From Candidatus Latescibacterota bacterium (GTDB lineage: Bacteria; Latescibacterota; MWCZ01), in NCBI GenBank assembly GCA_022706085.1, contig JAKJDF010000007.1, positions 10,474-74,473 on the forward strand: a DNA stretch of 64,000 bases, written 5' to 3'. Below the pieces are notes generated by a model. That model was given only the letters and a program-made list of their open reading frames with translations. It searched no databases and was not told the DNA's origin. A program made the position numbers and the translations under genes. Numbering within the stretch: position 1 is the stretch's first letter; every line of letters starts with the position of its first letter. Shown here piece by piece: positions 1 through 9,639 of this stretch.

Positions 1-281
1 CACGGCTCAGAAGACCTGATCCACCGCCGCGGTACCGATTGAAATGGAGTACGTCAATGTCATGGGAGAGGCAGATTGCATAACGTCTGCGGGAGGGAAA
101 AGCGGGAAATGCGCCTCGTTCAAAAAGAAAACGCGAGACGACGGGATCAAACGGCGCCCGTTGTTGCGACGCGAAGAATCGGAATCTTCCCAGACCATCC
201 AGGAAGAGTGGTTCGTATTCCTCCCGGCGGGTGAACACATCCCACAGGTACCCGTTTGCTCGCAGAGCGGCAGATACAGCC

Positions 282-611
282 TCATCCATCACTGCTCTCG
301 GGCGCCGAAGGATTTACCTTTGCGACCCGCTCCCAGTATTCACGGGCCTGATCGAAACTGTCTTTCATGATCGTGGTTCTGCCGATCTCATCAATAAGAG
401 CGCGGGCTTCCTTTGCACGTTCTTCCGGCACCACGCCAATTGCAAGTAACATCAACGCGTGGTGCACCAGGCCCGTCTCGAACAGCGCCCTGTTTGCGTC
501 ACCAACGGCGGCGGAGCCGCGCGTCGCGTCCAGATAGATCTCGTACAGGCGCGCCGTCGCCCCGGCCAGCGTGAACTCCGCCTTTGTCGCGTGGTACATG
601 CGCCACCTCAC
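282..611 (-). CDS. hypothetical protein (109 aa)
   Basis: Only ORF in this region with balanced, non-Arg/Pro-rich composition; no family recognised. Lies downstream of guaA on the same strand. Confidence 0.3.
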   Translation of the reverse strand: MRWRMYHATKAEFTLAGATARLYEIYLDATRGSAAVGDANRALFETGLVHHALMLLAIGVVPEERAKEARALIDEIGRTTIMKDSFDQAREYWERVAKVNPSAPESSDG

Positions 612-698
612 CTTCCTGCTCTTCCGACGGGACCGTGTCGCCGGCCGGCATCGGTCGGGATTGCCGGGCAGTCCTCCATCGGACCCTTGTGTCGCGCG

Positions 699-2555
699 TT
701 ACTCCCACTCCATGGTGGCCGGCGGCTTGTGGGTGATGTCATAGAACACCGCATCCACCGCGGAAAGCGCCGCAAGCCGCGAAACCAGCCGCCGCAACGA
801 AGGCTCCGGAAGAATCGCGAAACTCGCCGTCATCACGTCGGTGGATTCCAGCGGACGCAGCACCACCGATTCGCCCTCTTCACGCTCACCGAGAGGAATA
901 AGGATGGTCGGAAACTGGAAAAAATCCCCCGCAAGCCCATCCTCAACAAGGACACTCATCGCGGCGTGGTCGGCCAACCGCAGCAGATCCAGCCGGGGCC
1001 GGTCCAGAAACCGCGCGCGCAACTTCAGCCGCGGCAACCAACGCGGGTACACCAGTAACATCACGCGGTTCACTTCGGGAACGGTGTTCGTGATGCGCGT
1101 GGAAAGGCGTTCCAGTTCCTCCCAGTTCACCGCGCCGCCGTCCGGGCGCCACAGCGCCACCGGGTGCCGGTACGTCCGCTCATCCCCTTGAACACCAACA
1201 CTCCTGACCGGCAGGATTTCGCTCTCATACCCGAGGCTCCCCGCCAGCGCCCGAACCTTTTCCTTCGCCGACGCCGCAATCGGTTCCTCCACGCCGTCCG
1301 AACAGAGACACCGGACAGAAAGCCCCGGGCCCGGAAACGGGTGGCGCTCCACCAGCGCGTCGGGCAGACCGAGCTGCCGTCCTACCTGTCGCACTTCATC
1401 CTTGTACAACTGGTCCAGCGGCTCGATGATTTTGCCTTCCTCCAGCATCTGGCGAATGATCGCCACACGGTTATGGTGCGTCTTGATCACGGACGCGTGC
1501 CGGGTTCCCCCGGATTCAATAATGTCCGGATACAGCGTGCCCTGGCCCAGCATCCAGTGATCGGGGTCGAGGCCGATCCGCTCAAGCTCCTCCTGTTGCA
1601 CGCTGATGAACGTGTCGCCTACGATCTGCCGCTTCTGCTGGGGATCTGTCACCCCCTTTACCGCCGCGAGGAATTTCTCGCTCGCGTCCACCACGTGCAG
1701 GTTGTGGAACCCTGCCCGTTCGAGGGATTCCTTGACCAGCTCCGATTCATTCAGCCGCATGAAGCCGTTATCAATATGGAGACCGATGACACGGTGCTCC
1801 CCCAGTGCCCTGCTCAACAGCACAAACGCCACGGACGAATCCACCCCGCCCGATACAAGCATGAACACGTTCCTGTCGCCGGCCTGCCTTCTGATGCGCT
1901 CCTCCGCCTGCGTGATGAACTGTTCCATCGTCCAGGCGCGCGAACACCCGCACAGAGTAAGGAAATTGTCCAGCATCTTCTGCCCGTGCGGTGAATGCGT
2001 CACCTCCGGATGAAACTGGAATCCGAACATGCGCCTCCCCACGTCACCCATCGCAGCGATGGGGCAATCCGCCGTTCCACCCAGAACCACAAACCCGTCA
2101 GGGACGCGGGTTACCGAATCTCCGTGGCTCATCCAGACGCGCTCCACGGGATCAAGACCCTCGAAAATCGCGTCGGGGTCAGCGATGTGAAGCTCCGCAA
2201 TCCCGTACTCCTGGCGGTCGCCCCGCCGCACTTCCCCGCCAAGCTCCTTCGCCAGAAGCTGATGGCCGTAACAGAGGCCGAGCACCGGCAGTCCGGTGTG
2301 AAGCCAGCGGTTATCAAACGGGGGCTGGTCCGGGCTGTGAACCGACGAGGGCCCTCCGGAAAGGATGAGACCGCGCACACCTTCAAGATTCGCCGGCGGC
2401 TCGGAAGGGAGCATTATTTCGGAAAACACGCGGAGCCGCCGCACCCGGTTGGCGATGAGGTGTGCGTACTGCCCGCCAAAATCGAGAACAACGATTCTCT
2501 CCTGCACAGGAACGTTCATCCGGTATCTCGTGTCTACGGGATTCACCCGCGGCAA
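699..2555 (-). CDS. guaA: GMP synthase (glutamine-hydrolysing)
   Basis: N-terminal class-I glutamine amidotransferase motifs (VVLDFGGQY, GLCYGHQ), ATP-pyrophosphatase P-loop SGGVDSS, canonical C-terminus ...KPPATMEWE. True start probably M13 (coordinate 2519). Confidence 0.9.
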   Translation of the reverse strand: MPRVNPVDTRYRMNVPVQERIVVLDFGGQYAHLIANRVRRLRVFSEIMLPSEPPANLEGVRGLILSGGPSSVHSPDQPPFDNRWLHTGLPVLGLCYGHQLLAKELGGEVRRGDRQEYGIAELHIADPDAIFEGLDPVERVWMSHGDSVTRVPDGFVVLGGTADCPIAAMGDVGRRMFGFQFHPEVTHSPHGQKMLDNFLTLCGCSRAWTMEQFITQAEERIRRQAGDRNVFMLVSGGVDSSVAFVLLSRALGEHRVIGLHIDNGFMRLNESELVKESLERAGFHNLHVVDASEKFLAAVKGVTDPQQKRQIVGDTFISVQQEELERIGLDPDHWMLGQGTLYPDIIESGGTRHASVIKTHHNRVAIIRQMLEEGKIIEPLDQLYKDEVRQVGRQLGLPDALVERHPFPGPGLSVRCLCSDGVEEPIAASAKEKVRALAGSLGYESEILPVRSVGVQGDERTYRHPVALWRPDGGAVNWEELERLSTRITNTVPEVNRVMLLVYPRWLPRLKLRARFLDRPRLDLLRLADHAAMSVLVEDGLAGDFFQFPTILIPLGEREEGESVVLRPLESTDVMTASFAILPEPSLRRLVSRLAALSAVDAVFYDITHKPPATMEWE

Positions 2556-2747
2556 TCGTTCGCGGGCGGAAAAGGTGGGTTACAGACGCATAAAAAACGC
2601 CGCGTATGCCTACGTACGCTATAAAAAACCTCCCGAGCGGTCAACATCCCGCCCCGCGCGCCGCCAGGGCGATTTTGTCCTGAACGCGTCTGCACCGTTA
2701 TTTGCATCAGAACGGACGTTTGAACTCCGGCAAAAAGGGGTGGTTTC

Positions 2748-3368
2748 GTGCGGATGGAGATGAAACTCTTCGCGGTTCTCACGGGCGCGTCAATTGCCCT
2801 CGCAGCGGGCGTTCTTGCGTGGTGGAGCGCGGCGATTCTGTCAATTCTGAGATGGGTTCCCCTCACGGACTCCGCGATCGCATGGGTGGCGTGTTCGGGC
2901 CTTGTGGCGGGGCTTTTTCTTGCAGGAGTGTGGTACCGGAGAAACGCAGGCAGAGTGTTCTCGATTCCGATGGGCCAACTTGCGGTTCTGTACGTCATCT
3001 GGTCGGTGTTTTCCTTTGCGTTTTTCATGGGTTTTCCTTTTGGTGCGTTTCTTCTCGGGTGCCTTGCGGCGGTCTACGTGGGGCGTCGCGCCGCGTACGA
3101 GCACCGTGACGCGGGGTGCGGAGTCCGAAGGCGGGTGCGTTTCATCGGCGTTGTACTGGGCGTGGAGTGCCTTGCTGCGGGCTTTTTCGGTGCGCTGGGG
3201 GATCCGCACACGTGGCGCTTCGTTCTTTCTCTTTTTGGCGCGCAGATGCTGGCTGAAAGTGCGATTCTGAGCCTTTTGACGGTTATCGGCATGTGTGCGG
3301 TTCTCGTCTTCGTGCAGGTTGTTGTGGCGGGATGGATCGCCGGACGGGCCAGCCGGTGGGGGGCGTGA
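2748..3368 (+). CDS. hypothetical integral membrane protein
   Basis: 206-aa ORF with about six hydrophobic helices (e.g. LFAVLTGASIALAAGVLAWW, FGAFLLGCLAAVYVG); no recognisable family. Confidence 0.5.
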   Translation: MRMEMKLFAVLTGASIALAAGVLAWWSAAILSILRWVPLTDSAIAWVACSGLVAGLFLAGVWYRRNAGRVFSIPMGQLAVLYVIWSVFSFAFFMGFPFGAFLLGCLAAVYVGRRAAYEHRDAGCGVRRRVRFIGVVLGVECLAAGFFGALGDPHTWRFVLSLFGAQMLAESAILSLLTVIGMCAVLVFVQVVVAGWIAGRASRWGA

Positions 3369-3427
3369 GGGGGAGAGGTCGGGCTGGAGCTTGACAGGCC
3401 GGGTCGTGTTTTCGTATGCTAACTAAC

Positions 3428-3446
3428 CAGTCGGTTTAACCGACTG
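3428..3446. promoter_or_regulatory. palindromic operator candidate upstream of the TetR-efflux operon
   Basis: CAGTCGGTT-T-AACCGACTG, 9-bp arms perfectly inverted around one central base, about 30 bp upstream of the TetR start codon; typical TetR-family operator geometry. Confidence 0.4.
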
Positions 3447-3476
3447 ATTGGTTGAGCTGCGACAGGAGAAACTCCC

Positions 3477-4160
3477 ATGAACAGGGACTCAGATGCCCGC
3501 CAGCGGATACTCGATGCCGCAACCGAAGTGTTCGTCGACAAAGGGCTATCCGGAGCGCGCATGCAGGAGATCGCTGACCGGGCACAAATCAACAAGGCGA
3601 TGCTGCATTACTACTTCACCAGCAAGGAAAAACTGTACGAAACCGTCGTATCTACCGCCGTTCAGGGGATCATGGAACGCATACAGGGCGTTCTGAAGGG
3701 CAAAGACGTGCCGACGGAGAAGCGCTTCCTGTTGCTGGTTGACACGTACCTCGATTCGCTTTCGAAAAGCCCACATCTGCCGCGACTGGTTGTGATGGAC
3801 CTTCTCGCCGGCGGCGAGACCGTGATGAAAGCGTTTCAACAGGCTCAGGACAAAACCGGCTTCGTGGGGGCAAGGCCGGCGATTGCGCTGCTGCAAGCGG
3901 GAATACACGAGGGGGTGATCCACGAGCTTGACCCGAAACACACGCTGATTTCGACCATCGGGATGGTTGCGTTTTCCTTCCTCGCAGAGCCACTTCTGAG
4001 TTCCGTACTTCAGATTGAAGACCGAAAGGCCGGTCAGTTCTTTGCGGACCGGAGGCGAAACGTCATGGAGATCCTGCAACACGGCGTGCTGAAGGAGCAG
4101 GTTTCGACACGGGTGTCCACGATTCCAAGGGAAGACAAATGGGAAAAATGGCTTGGGTAG
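3477..4160 (+). CDS. TetR/AcrR family transcriptional regulator
   Basis: N-terminal HTH RQRILDAATEVFVDKGLSGARMQEIADRAQINKAMLHYYFTSKEKLY; 227 aa; stop overlaps the start of the downstream adaptor gene. Confidence 0.9.
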   Translation: MNRDSDARQRILDAATEVFVDKGLSGARMQEIADRAQINKAMLHYYFTSKEKLYETVVSTAVQGIMERIQGVLKGKDVPTEKRFLLLVDTYLDSLSKSPHLPRLVVMDLLAGGETVMKAFQQAQDKTGFVGARPAIALLQAGIHEGVIHELDPKHTLISTIGMVAFSFLAEPLLSSVLQIEDRKAGQFFADRRRNVMEILQHGVLKEQVSTRVSTIPREDKWEKWLG

Positions 4161-5125
4161 CTCCGGTGCTGGCGATCGGCCTGGGCGCGTGCTCGCGGGG
4201 TGCGTCTGACGGGGACATCACGGCGAGCGGAGTTATTGAGTGCACGGAGATCAACATCGCCACGAAAGTTCCGGGCATCCTTCGGGAGGTTCTGCCGCTG
4301 GAAGGGGACCTGCTGGATTCGGGGCAGGTTGTGGCGGTGATTGATCACTCGGACCTGGACTGGCAGAAATCGCAGGCGGAGGCACAACTCCGTATGGCGC
4401 GGGCGAACTTGCAGCTTGCGCTGAACGGTCCGCAACGGGAGGACATCGCGCAGGCCGAGGCCGCGGAGCAACAGGCTTCGGTTGCGCTGGAGGCGGCGAG
4501 GCTCGACCTGGAACGGGTGAGCCAGCTTGCCGCGGCGGGAACGGCACCCCAGAAACAGCTGGATGACGCACGGACGCGCGTTCGATCGGCCGAAGCGGCG
4601 CAGGCGATGGCCCGGGCGACACTGGCGAAACTTCGGGCGGGAACGCGTTTTGAGCAGATCGCGGCGGCGCGGGCGCAGGTGGAGCAGGCGGAAGCGGCAT
4701 TGAGTGCCGTATCTCAACGGATTGCTGACTGCATGGTGAGGTCGCCGGGAAAGGGGTATGTGACGCAGCGGATCGCGGAGCCGGGGGAGATGGTTCCCTC
4801 GGGCGGGACCATTGTGACGCTGTCGGAACTGGACCCGGTCTGGCTGAAGGTGTATCTGACGGAAGTTGAGCTGGCAAAGGTGCGGCTGGGCGGCACCGCG
4901 GAGGTGACGCTGGACGGCGAGCCTGATCACCCGCGCCGCGGTACCGTATCGTGGATATCCCCGAAGGCGGAGTTCACTCCGAAGAACGTGCAGACGAAGG
5001 AAGACCGGGTGAAGCTTGTGTTCGCCGTGAAGATTTCGCTTCAGAATCCGGACGGGTTCTTCAAACCGGGACTGCCGGCGGACGCGGTATTCAGAGCCGG
5101 CGACGGCACCGGTGAGCCGCAATGA
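4139..5125 (+). CDS. HlyD-family membrane fusion protein (periplasmic efflux adaptor)
   Basis: Lipoprotein-type signal (LAIGLGAC), Ala/Gln-rich coiled coil, C-terminal beta-barrel typical of HlyD/YbhG adaptors; ATGA overlap with next gene. Confidence 0.85.
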   Translation: MGKMAWVAPVLAIGLGACSRGASDGDITASGVIECTEINIATKVPGILREVLPLEGDLLDSGQVVAVIDHSDLDWQKSQAEAQLRMARANLQLALNGPQREDIAQAEAAEQQASVALEAARLDLERVSQLAAAGTAPQKQLDDARTRVRSAEAAQAMARATLAKLRAGTRFEQIAAARAQVEQAEAALSAVSQRIADCMVRSPGKGYVTQRIAEPGEMVPSGGTIVTLSELDPVWLKVYLTEVELAKVRLGGTAEVTLDGEPDHPRRGTVSWISPKAEFTPKNVQTKEDRVKLVFAVKISLQNPDGFFKPGLPADAVFRAGDGTGEPQ

Positions 5126-6111
5126 CGGAAGATGTTGAGCGGGCCGAAGGAACCACGCCCGTACCGGCGCTTGAAACCCGCGAACTGACGCGATTTTTCG
5201 GCACCACGCACGCGGTGAACGGCGTGAGTTTTTCCGTTGGTCGGGGCGAGATGCTTGCGCTGGTGGGCCCTGACGGAGCCGGCAAGACGACGACGATCCG
5301 GATGCTGACGGGTGTTCTGAGACCGACCTCGGGAACGGCGACGGTTCTGGGGCATGATCTCGTTCGCGAACGGGACGCAGTGAAGCGGAGTATCGGGTAT
5401 CTCTCTCAGGTGTTCAGTCTTTACGGGGATCTGACGGTTGACGAAAACATCGAGTTTTTCGCGCAGATTCACGGGGTTCGGCGATTTCAGAAGCGGCGGG
5501 AGGAGCTTCTCGCGTTTACGCGGCTGGCGCCGTTCAGGCGGCGTCTTGCGGGAAATCTTTCCGGCGGAATGAAACAGAAACTGGCGCTGGCGTGCACGCT
5601 GATTCATGCGCCAGCCCTGATTTTTCTCGATGAGCCGACGACGGGGGTGGATCCGGTTTCCCGGAGGGATTTCTGGATCATTCTCTCGGACCTTCTGCGG
5701 GAGGGGATCACGATTGTGCTGGCGACGCCGTATCTGGACGAGGCGGAACGGTGCCATACGGTGGCGCTGATGCACGAGGGCAGGATTATCAGAAGGGACA
5801 CGCCGACGGCGATTGTGGAGGCGTTTGGCAAGCGGTTGCTGGAGGTTGTATGCGAGGACGCCCGGGCGGCGTACCGCGCGATAAAACAGGCGCCGGAATG
5901 GGAGGAAGCGCAGATGTTCGGTTCACGCATCCATGTTCCGGTGGAGGATGTGGCTGCGGGTACGCAACGGCTTCAGCAGGCGCTGGAAGATATGCATTTC
6001 CACGTGGCGTCCATCCGTGAAATTCCCCCGTCGCTTGAGGACGCATTCATATCGGAGATACGGCATTCGGAAGGGCTGGTTGTTGGCTCCGAAGGAGGCA
6101 CCGCGGCATGA
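5122..6111 (+). CDS. ABC transporter ATP-binding protein (ABC-2 type)
   Basis: Walker A GPDGAGKTT, signature LSGGMKQK, Walker B IFLDEPT. Confidence 0.9.
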   Translation: MTEDVERAEGTTPVPALETRELTRFFGTTHAVNGVSFSVGRGEMLALVGPDGAGKTTTIRMLTGVLRPTSGTATVLGHDLVRERDAVKRSIGYLSQVFSLYGDLTVDENIEFFAQIHGVRRFQKRREELLAFTRLAPFRRRLAGNLSGGMKQKLALACTLIHAPALIFLDEPTTGVDPVSRRDFWIILSDLLREGITIVLATPYLDEAERCHTVALMHEGRIIRRDTPTAIVEAFGKRLLEVVCEDARAAYRAIKQAPEWEEAQMFGSRIHVPVEDVAAGTQRLQQALEDMHFHVASIREIPPSLEDAFISEIRHSEGLVVGSEGGTAA

Positions 6112-7511
6112 GAAGGACAGGGTGGTACGGCGCAAACCTCGCGGTTATCGGGAGCGGGTTGTTGTTCTGGAGTTCGGGTTCTGCTCAACCGGGGACGGCG
6201 GGAAACGGGCTCAGCCTGACGGTTGCGCGGGCGCGTGAGCTTGCGATGACCCAGAACGCCGGCATCAGAGCGTCCGCCCAATCGGTTGTTTCGGCAACGG
6301 CGCAGAGGAACGAGGCGCGGGCCGCGCGGTTGCCGGGTGTGTTGTTCAGCGCGCGGTACGCGCGGCTCAGCGATGTGCCGGACCCGGTGATCACGACGCC
6401 TTCCATGACGATCCCGACGGGTCCGGGAACCAGCATCACCACGCCTTCGACGCAGGTTTCTCTCGGGCCTTCCATTTTGAACTCGTACAACCTGACGGCG
6501 ACGGCGCAGGTGCCGCTGTTCACTGGTTTTCGTCTGGAGAACCGGGAGAAGGCGGCTGAATATGCGGCGAGGGCAGCCGGAGAGGAATATGCGGCGAGCC
6601 AGCGTGAGGTGGGGAACCGGGTGGAGCAGGTGTACTGGCGGTTGTATTCGGCGCGGGCGGCGGAGCGGGTGATTTCGGAATCGGTGAAGCTTGCGGAGGC
6701 CCATCTTGAGGATGTGCGCCGTTTGCACGCAGCCGGGATGGCGACGGCGGACGACATACTGGCGGTTGAAGTGCGTCTGTCGGAGGCGAGACTCCGGCAG
6801 ATACAGGCGGAGAATGCGTCCGAGCTGGTGCGAGCCACGCTGTGTAATCTGCTTTCGGTTCCGGTGAGCACGGAAATTGCGCTGGTTGACTCGCCGTCGG
6901 TGGTTGTACCGTCTGTTCCGGACCAGGACGCTCTGGTATCGGCGGCGCTTGCGAATCGGCCCGAGCTTCGTGCTCTGGCGTTCCGGAAACAGGCGATGGA
7001 GCGCGGGACCGCCGCTGTTGAGGGGGGAAAACTCCCTTCCGTGATGTTTCAGACGAATTACGAAGTTTCAAACCCCAATCAGCGCTACTTTCCGACCCGG
7101 GATGCCTGGCACGCCACGTGGAGTGCCGGGATGGGCGTGACGTGGACGGCCTGGGACTGGGGGATAGTGGGGCAACAGGCGGCGCGGGCGCGCGCCGAAG
7201 AGCGGCAGGTGGACGAACGATTGAACCAGTTGCGGGACGCCATCACGTTACAGGTGGTGCAGGCGCGTCTTGCGGCCATTGAGTCGAACCGCCGGGTGGC
7301 AGTTGCCGAGGAAGGGGTGCGAAGCGCGGAGGCATATCACCGGAGCATGCGGGCACGGTATTCCGCCGGGACGGCGACGAACACAGAGGTACTGGATGCG
7401 CAGATTCTGCTGGAACGGGCGCGGCTTGATCTGGTACAGGCACGGACGGACCAGAGGACGGCGGCGGCCAACCTCGCGTACGTGGTCGGCGACGAGCGGA
7501 CACAGGACTGA
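6108..7511 (+). CDS. TolC-family outer membrane efflux protein
   Basis: 467 aa, N-terminal signal peptide, internally duplicated alpha-helical/beta architecture typical of outer membrane efflux proteins; embedded in the efflux operon. Confidence 0.8.
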   Translation: MRRTGWYGANLAVIGSGLLFWSSGSAQPGTAGNGLSLTVARARELAMTQNAGIRASAQSVVSATAQRNEARAARLPGVLFSARYARLSDVPDPVITTPSMTIPTGPGTSITTPSTQVSLGPSILNSYNLTATAQVPLFTGFRLENREKAAEYAARAAGEEYAASQREVGNRVEQVYWRLYSARAAERVISESVKLAEAHLEDVRRLHAAGMATADDILAVEVRLSEARLRQIQAENASELVRATLCNLLSVPVSTEIALVDSPSVVVPSVPDQDALVSAALANRPELRALAFRKQAMERGTAAVEGGKLPSVMFQTNYEVSNPNQRYFPTRDAWHATWSAGMGVTWTAWDWGIVGQQAARARAEERQVDERLNQLRDAITLQVVQARLAAIESNRRVAVAEEGVRSAEAYHRSMRARYSAGTATNTEVLDAQILLERARLDLVQARTDQRTAAANLAYVVGDERTQD

Positions 7512-7525
7512 ACGCGGGAGCCAGG

Positions 7526-8497
7526 ATGGCTGAAGGGTCCGCGCCGATCATTGAAACGCGCGATCTCACGCGGAAATTCGGGCAATTTGTTGCGGTTGAC
7601 CGGGTGACGCTGCGCGTGAACAGGGGCGAGATATTCGGATTTCTGGGTCCGAACGGGGCGGGAAAGTCCACGACGATCCGGATGCTCTGCGGGATTCTTG
7701 CGCCCACTTCGGGGACGGCGCTGGTGGGCGGGTTCGACGTTGCGCGCGAGCCTGACCGGGTGAAGGAGCACATCGGCTACATGTCGCAGCGGTTTTCGCT
7801 CTACCCTGACCTGACGGTCGCGGAGAACATCCGTTTTTATGGAGGGATTTACGGGCTTTCCTCGCAGCAGTTGCGGGAGCGGGGGGCGTGGGCGGTGGAA
7901 ATGGCCGGTCTGAGGGGCCGGGAGGACCACCTGACGCGAGAGCTTGCAGGGGGGTGGAAGCAGCGTCTTGCGCTGGGATGCGCGATACTGCACGAGCCGC
8001 CGATTCTGTTTCTGGACGAGCCGACGTCGGGGGTGGACCCGATTTCCCGCCGCCGGTTCTGGGACCTGATTTACGAGCTTGCGGGGCACGGAACGACGGT
8101 GTTCGTGACGACCCACTTTCTTGATGAAGCGGAACATTGCGACCGTCTGGTGCTGATTTACCGCGGCCGCGTTATCGCGCTGGGAACGCCGGATGAACTG
8201 AGACACACGGCGATCCGGGGAACGATTCTTTCCGTGCGGTGCAGGGATGCGAACAACGCGGTGGAGCTTCTGCGGGAGGTGGACGGCGTGCGGCGGGTGG
8301 CATTGTTCGGGGCTTCGGTGCACGTGATTACTGACACGCCGAAGGAAACCTCGGCGGCGATCATTTCGCGGCTGGGTGAGGCGGGAAGCGGGATTGACGG
8401 GATTTCGGAGGTGCCGCCCTCGCTGGAGGATGTGTTTATCGCGCTTATCGAGCAGGCGGACGCGGAAGCTCCGGCGGCGGAGGTGCGCGGAAGATGA
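7526..8497 (+). CDS. ABC transporter ATP-binding protein (ABC-2 type), second copy
   Basis: Walker A GPNGAGKST, signature LAGGWKQR, Walker B LFLDEPT. Confidence 0.9.
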   Translation: MAEGSAPIIETRDLTRKFGQFVAVDRVTLRVNRGEIFGFLGPNGAGKSTTIRMLCGILAPTSGTALVGGFDVAREPDRVKEHIGYMSQRFSLYPDLTVAENIRFYGGIYGLSSQQLRERGAWAVEMAGLRGREDHLTRELAGGWKQRLALGCAILHEPPILFLDEPTSGVDPISRRRFWDLIYELAGHGTTVFVTTHFLDEAEHCDRLVLIYRGRVIALGTPDELRHTAIRGTILSVRCRDANNAVELLREVDGVRRVALFGASVHVITDTPKETSAAIISRLGEAGSGIDGISEVPPSLEDVFIALIEQADAEAPAAEVRGR

Positions 8498-9639
8498 ACC
8501 GGGCGCGGCTGTGGCGGCTTTACGGCGTTATCGTGAAGGAATTCCGTCAGATGCGGCGGGACATGATCAGTCTTTCGGTGCTGCTTCTGGTTCCCGCACT
8601 TCTTCTGGCGCTGTACGGGTATGCCCTGACGTTTGACGTGAAGCACATACGCGTGGTTGTTCTGAACCACGACAAGGGCGCATTCAGCAGGCAATTCACG
8701 GAGGGGCTTTTCCAGTCGGAGTACTTCGATTTCGCCGGGACGATTGACCGGGAGGCAGAAGCCACCCGTTGGCTGGACAGGGGCGACGCACTGGCGGTGC
8801 TGGTTTTTCCGCCGGATTTCGGGAAGGCGCTGCGGGACGGGCGAACCGCGACTGCTCAGGTGCTGATTGACGGTTCGAACGCGAACACCGCAAGCATTGC
8901 GCTCGCGTATTTCACGGCCAAAGCGCGGGAATTTTCTGCCGCGCAGTTGCAGGAGTTCACCCTTGCGAGGGGGATTACGCAACCGGCGGTGCCGGTGGTG
9001 ATCGAGCCACGCGTGTGGTACAACGCGGAACTGAAGAGCTCGCAGCTGCTGGTGCCCGGATTGATTGGCTACCTCCTGATGCTTGCGGGGACGGTGGCGA
9101 CTTCCCTTTCGGTGGTTCGAGAGAAGGAAAGGGGGACGATAGAGCAGGTGGTGGTAAGTCCTCTCGGATCGGGGGAGTTCATTCTGGGGAAGACGATTCC
9201 CTATCTCGCCGTATCGCTTCTGACAAGCGGTCTCGTCGTCGCCGCGGGGATGGTGCTGTTCGAGATGCCGTTGCGGGGGAGCATCGCGTGGCTGTTCGTG
9301 ACGACGTTCGTGTTTTTGCTGGGCGCGCTGGGTCTGGGGCTCTGGGTTTCGACGCTTGTGGACACGCAACAGCTTGCGTTGCAGATCAGCCTGATCATCA
9401 CGCTCCTTCCGGCGTTGTTGCTTTCCGGAATGGTGTTTCCGATCGCGAGCATGCCCCGGGCGCTTCAGTGGGCTTCGGCGATTGTGCCGCCGCGGCATTT
9501 TCTGGTGATCATGCGAAGTATCCTGCTCAAGGGAACGGGGCCGCAGGCGTGGCTTGCCGAACTGGGGTATCTGATTGCGTTCGCCGTGTTCATTCTGGGA
9601 ATCGCGGTGGTTCGCACCCGGCACCGGAGCGAGGCATGA
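8494..9639 (+). CDS. ABC-2 family transporter permease
   Basis: 381 aa, N-terminal TM helix, large periplasmic loop, then 5 TM helices; ATGA overlap with the preceding ATPase gene. Confidence 0.85.
   Translation: MNRARLWRLYGVIVKEFRQMRRDMISLSVLLLVPALLLALYGYALTFDVKHIRVVVLNHDKGAFSRQFTEGLFQSEYFDFAGTIDREAEATRWLDRGDALAVLVFPPDFGKALRDGRTATAQVLIDGSNANTASIALAYFTAKAREFSAAQLQEFTLARGITQPAVPVVIEPRVWYNAELKSSQLLVPGLIGYLLMLAGTVATSLSVVREKERGTIEQVVVSPLGSGEFILGKTIPYLAVSLLTSGLVVAAGMVLFEMPLRGSIAWLFVTTFVFLLGALGLGLWVSTLVDTQQLALQISLIITLLPALLLSGMVFPIASMPRALQWASAIVPPRHFLVIMRSILLKGTGPQAWLAELGYLIAFAVFILGIAVVRTRHRSEA

Noticed and set aside
7-285. 92-aa minus-strand ORF at the left edge
   Set aside because: Cys/Ser/Arg-rich, no ribosome-binding site context or family resemblance; likely non-coding or a fragment.
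4034-9624. Minus-strand ORFs of 362, 328 and 488 aa across the efflux operon
   Set aside because: Antisense to HlyD, ABC ATPase and permease genes with clear motifs; Arg-rich low complexity.
9015-9635. N-terminal 207-aa extension of the second permease ORF
   Set aside because: The extension overlaps the first permease in another frame and is Gly/Arg/Asp-rich; the ATG at 9636 overlapping the upstream stop (ATGA) gives a canonical permease N-terminus.
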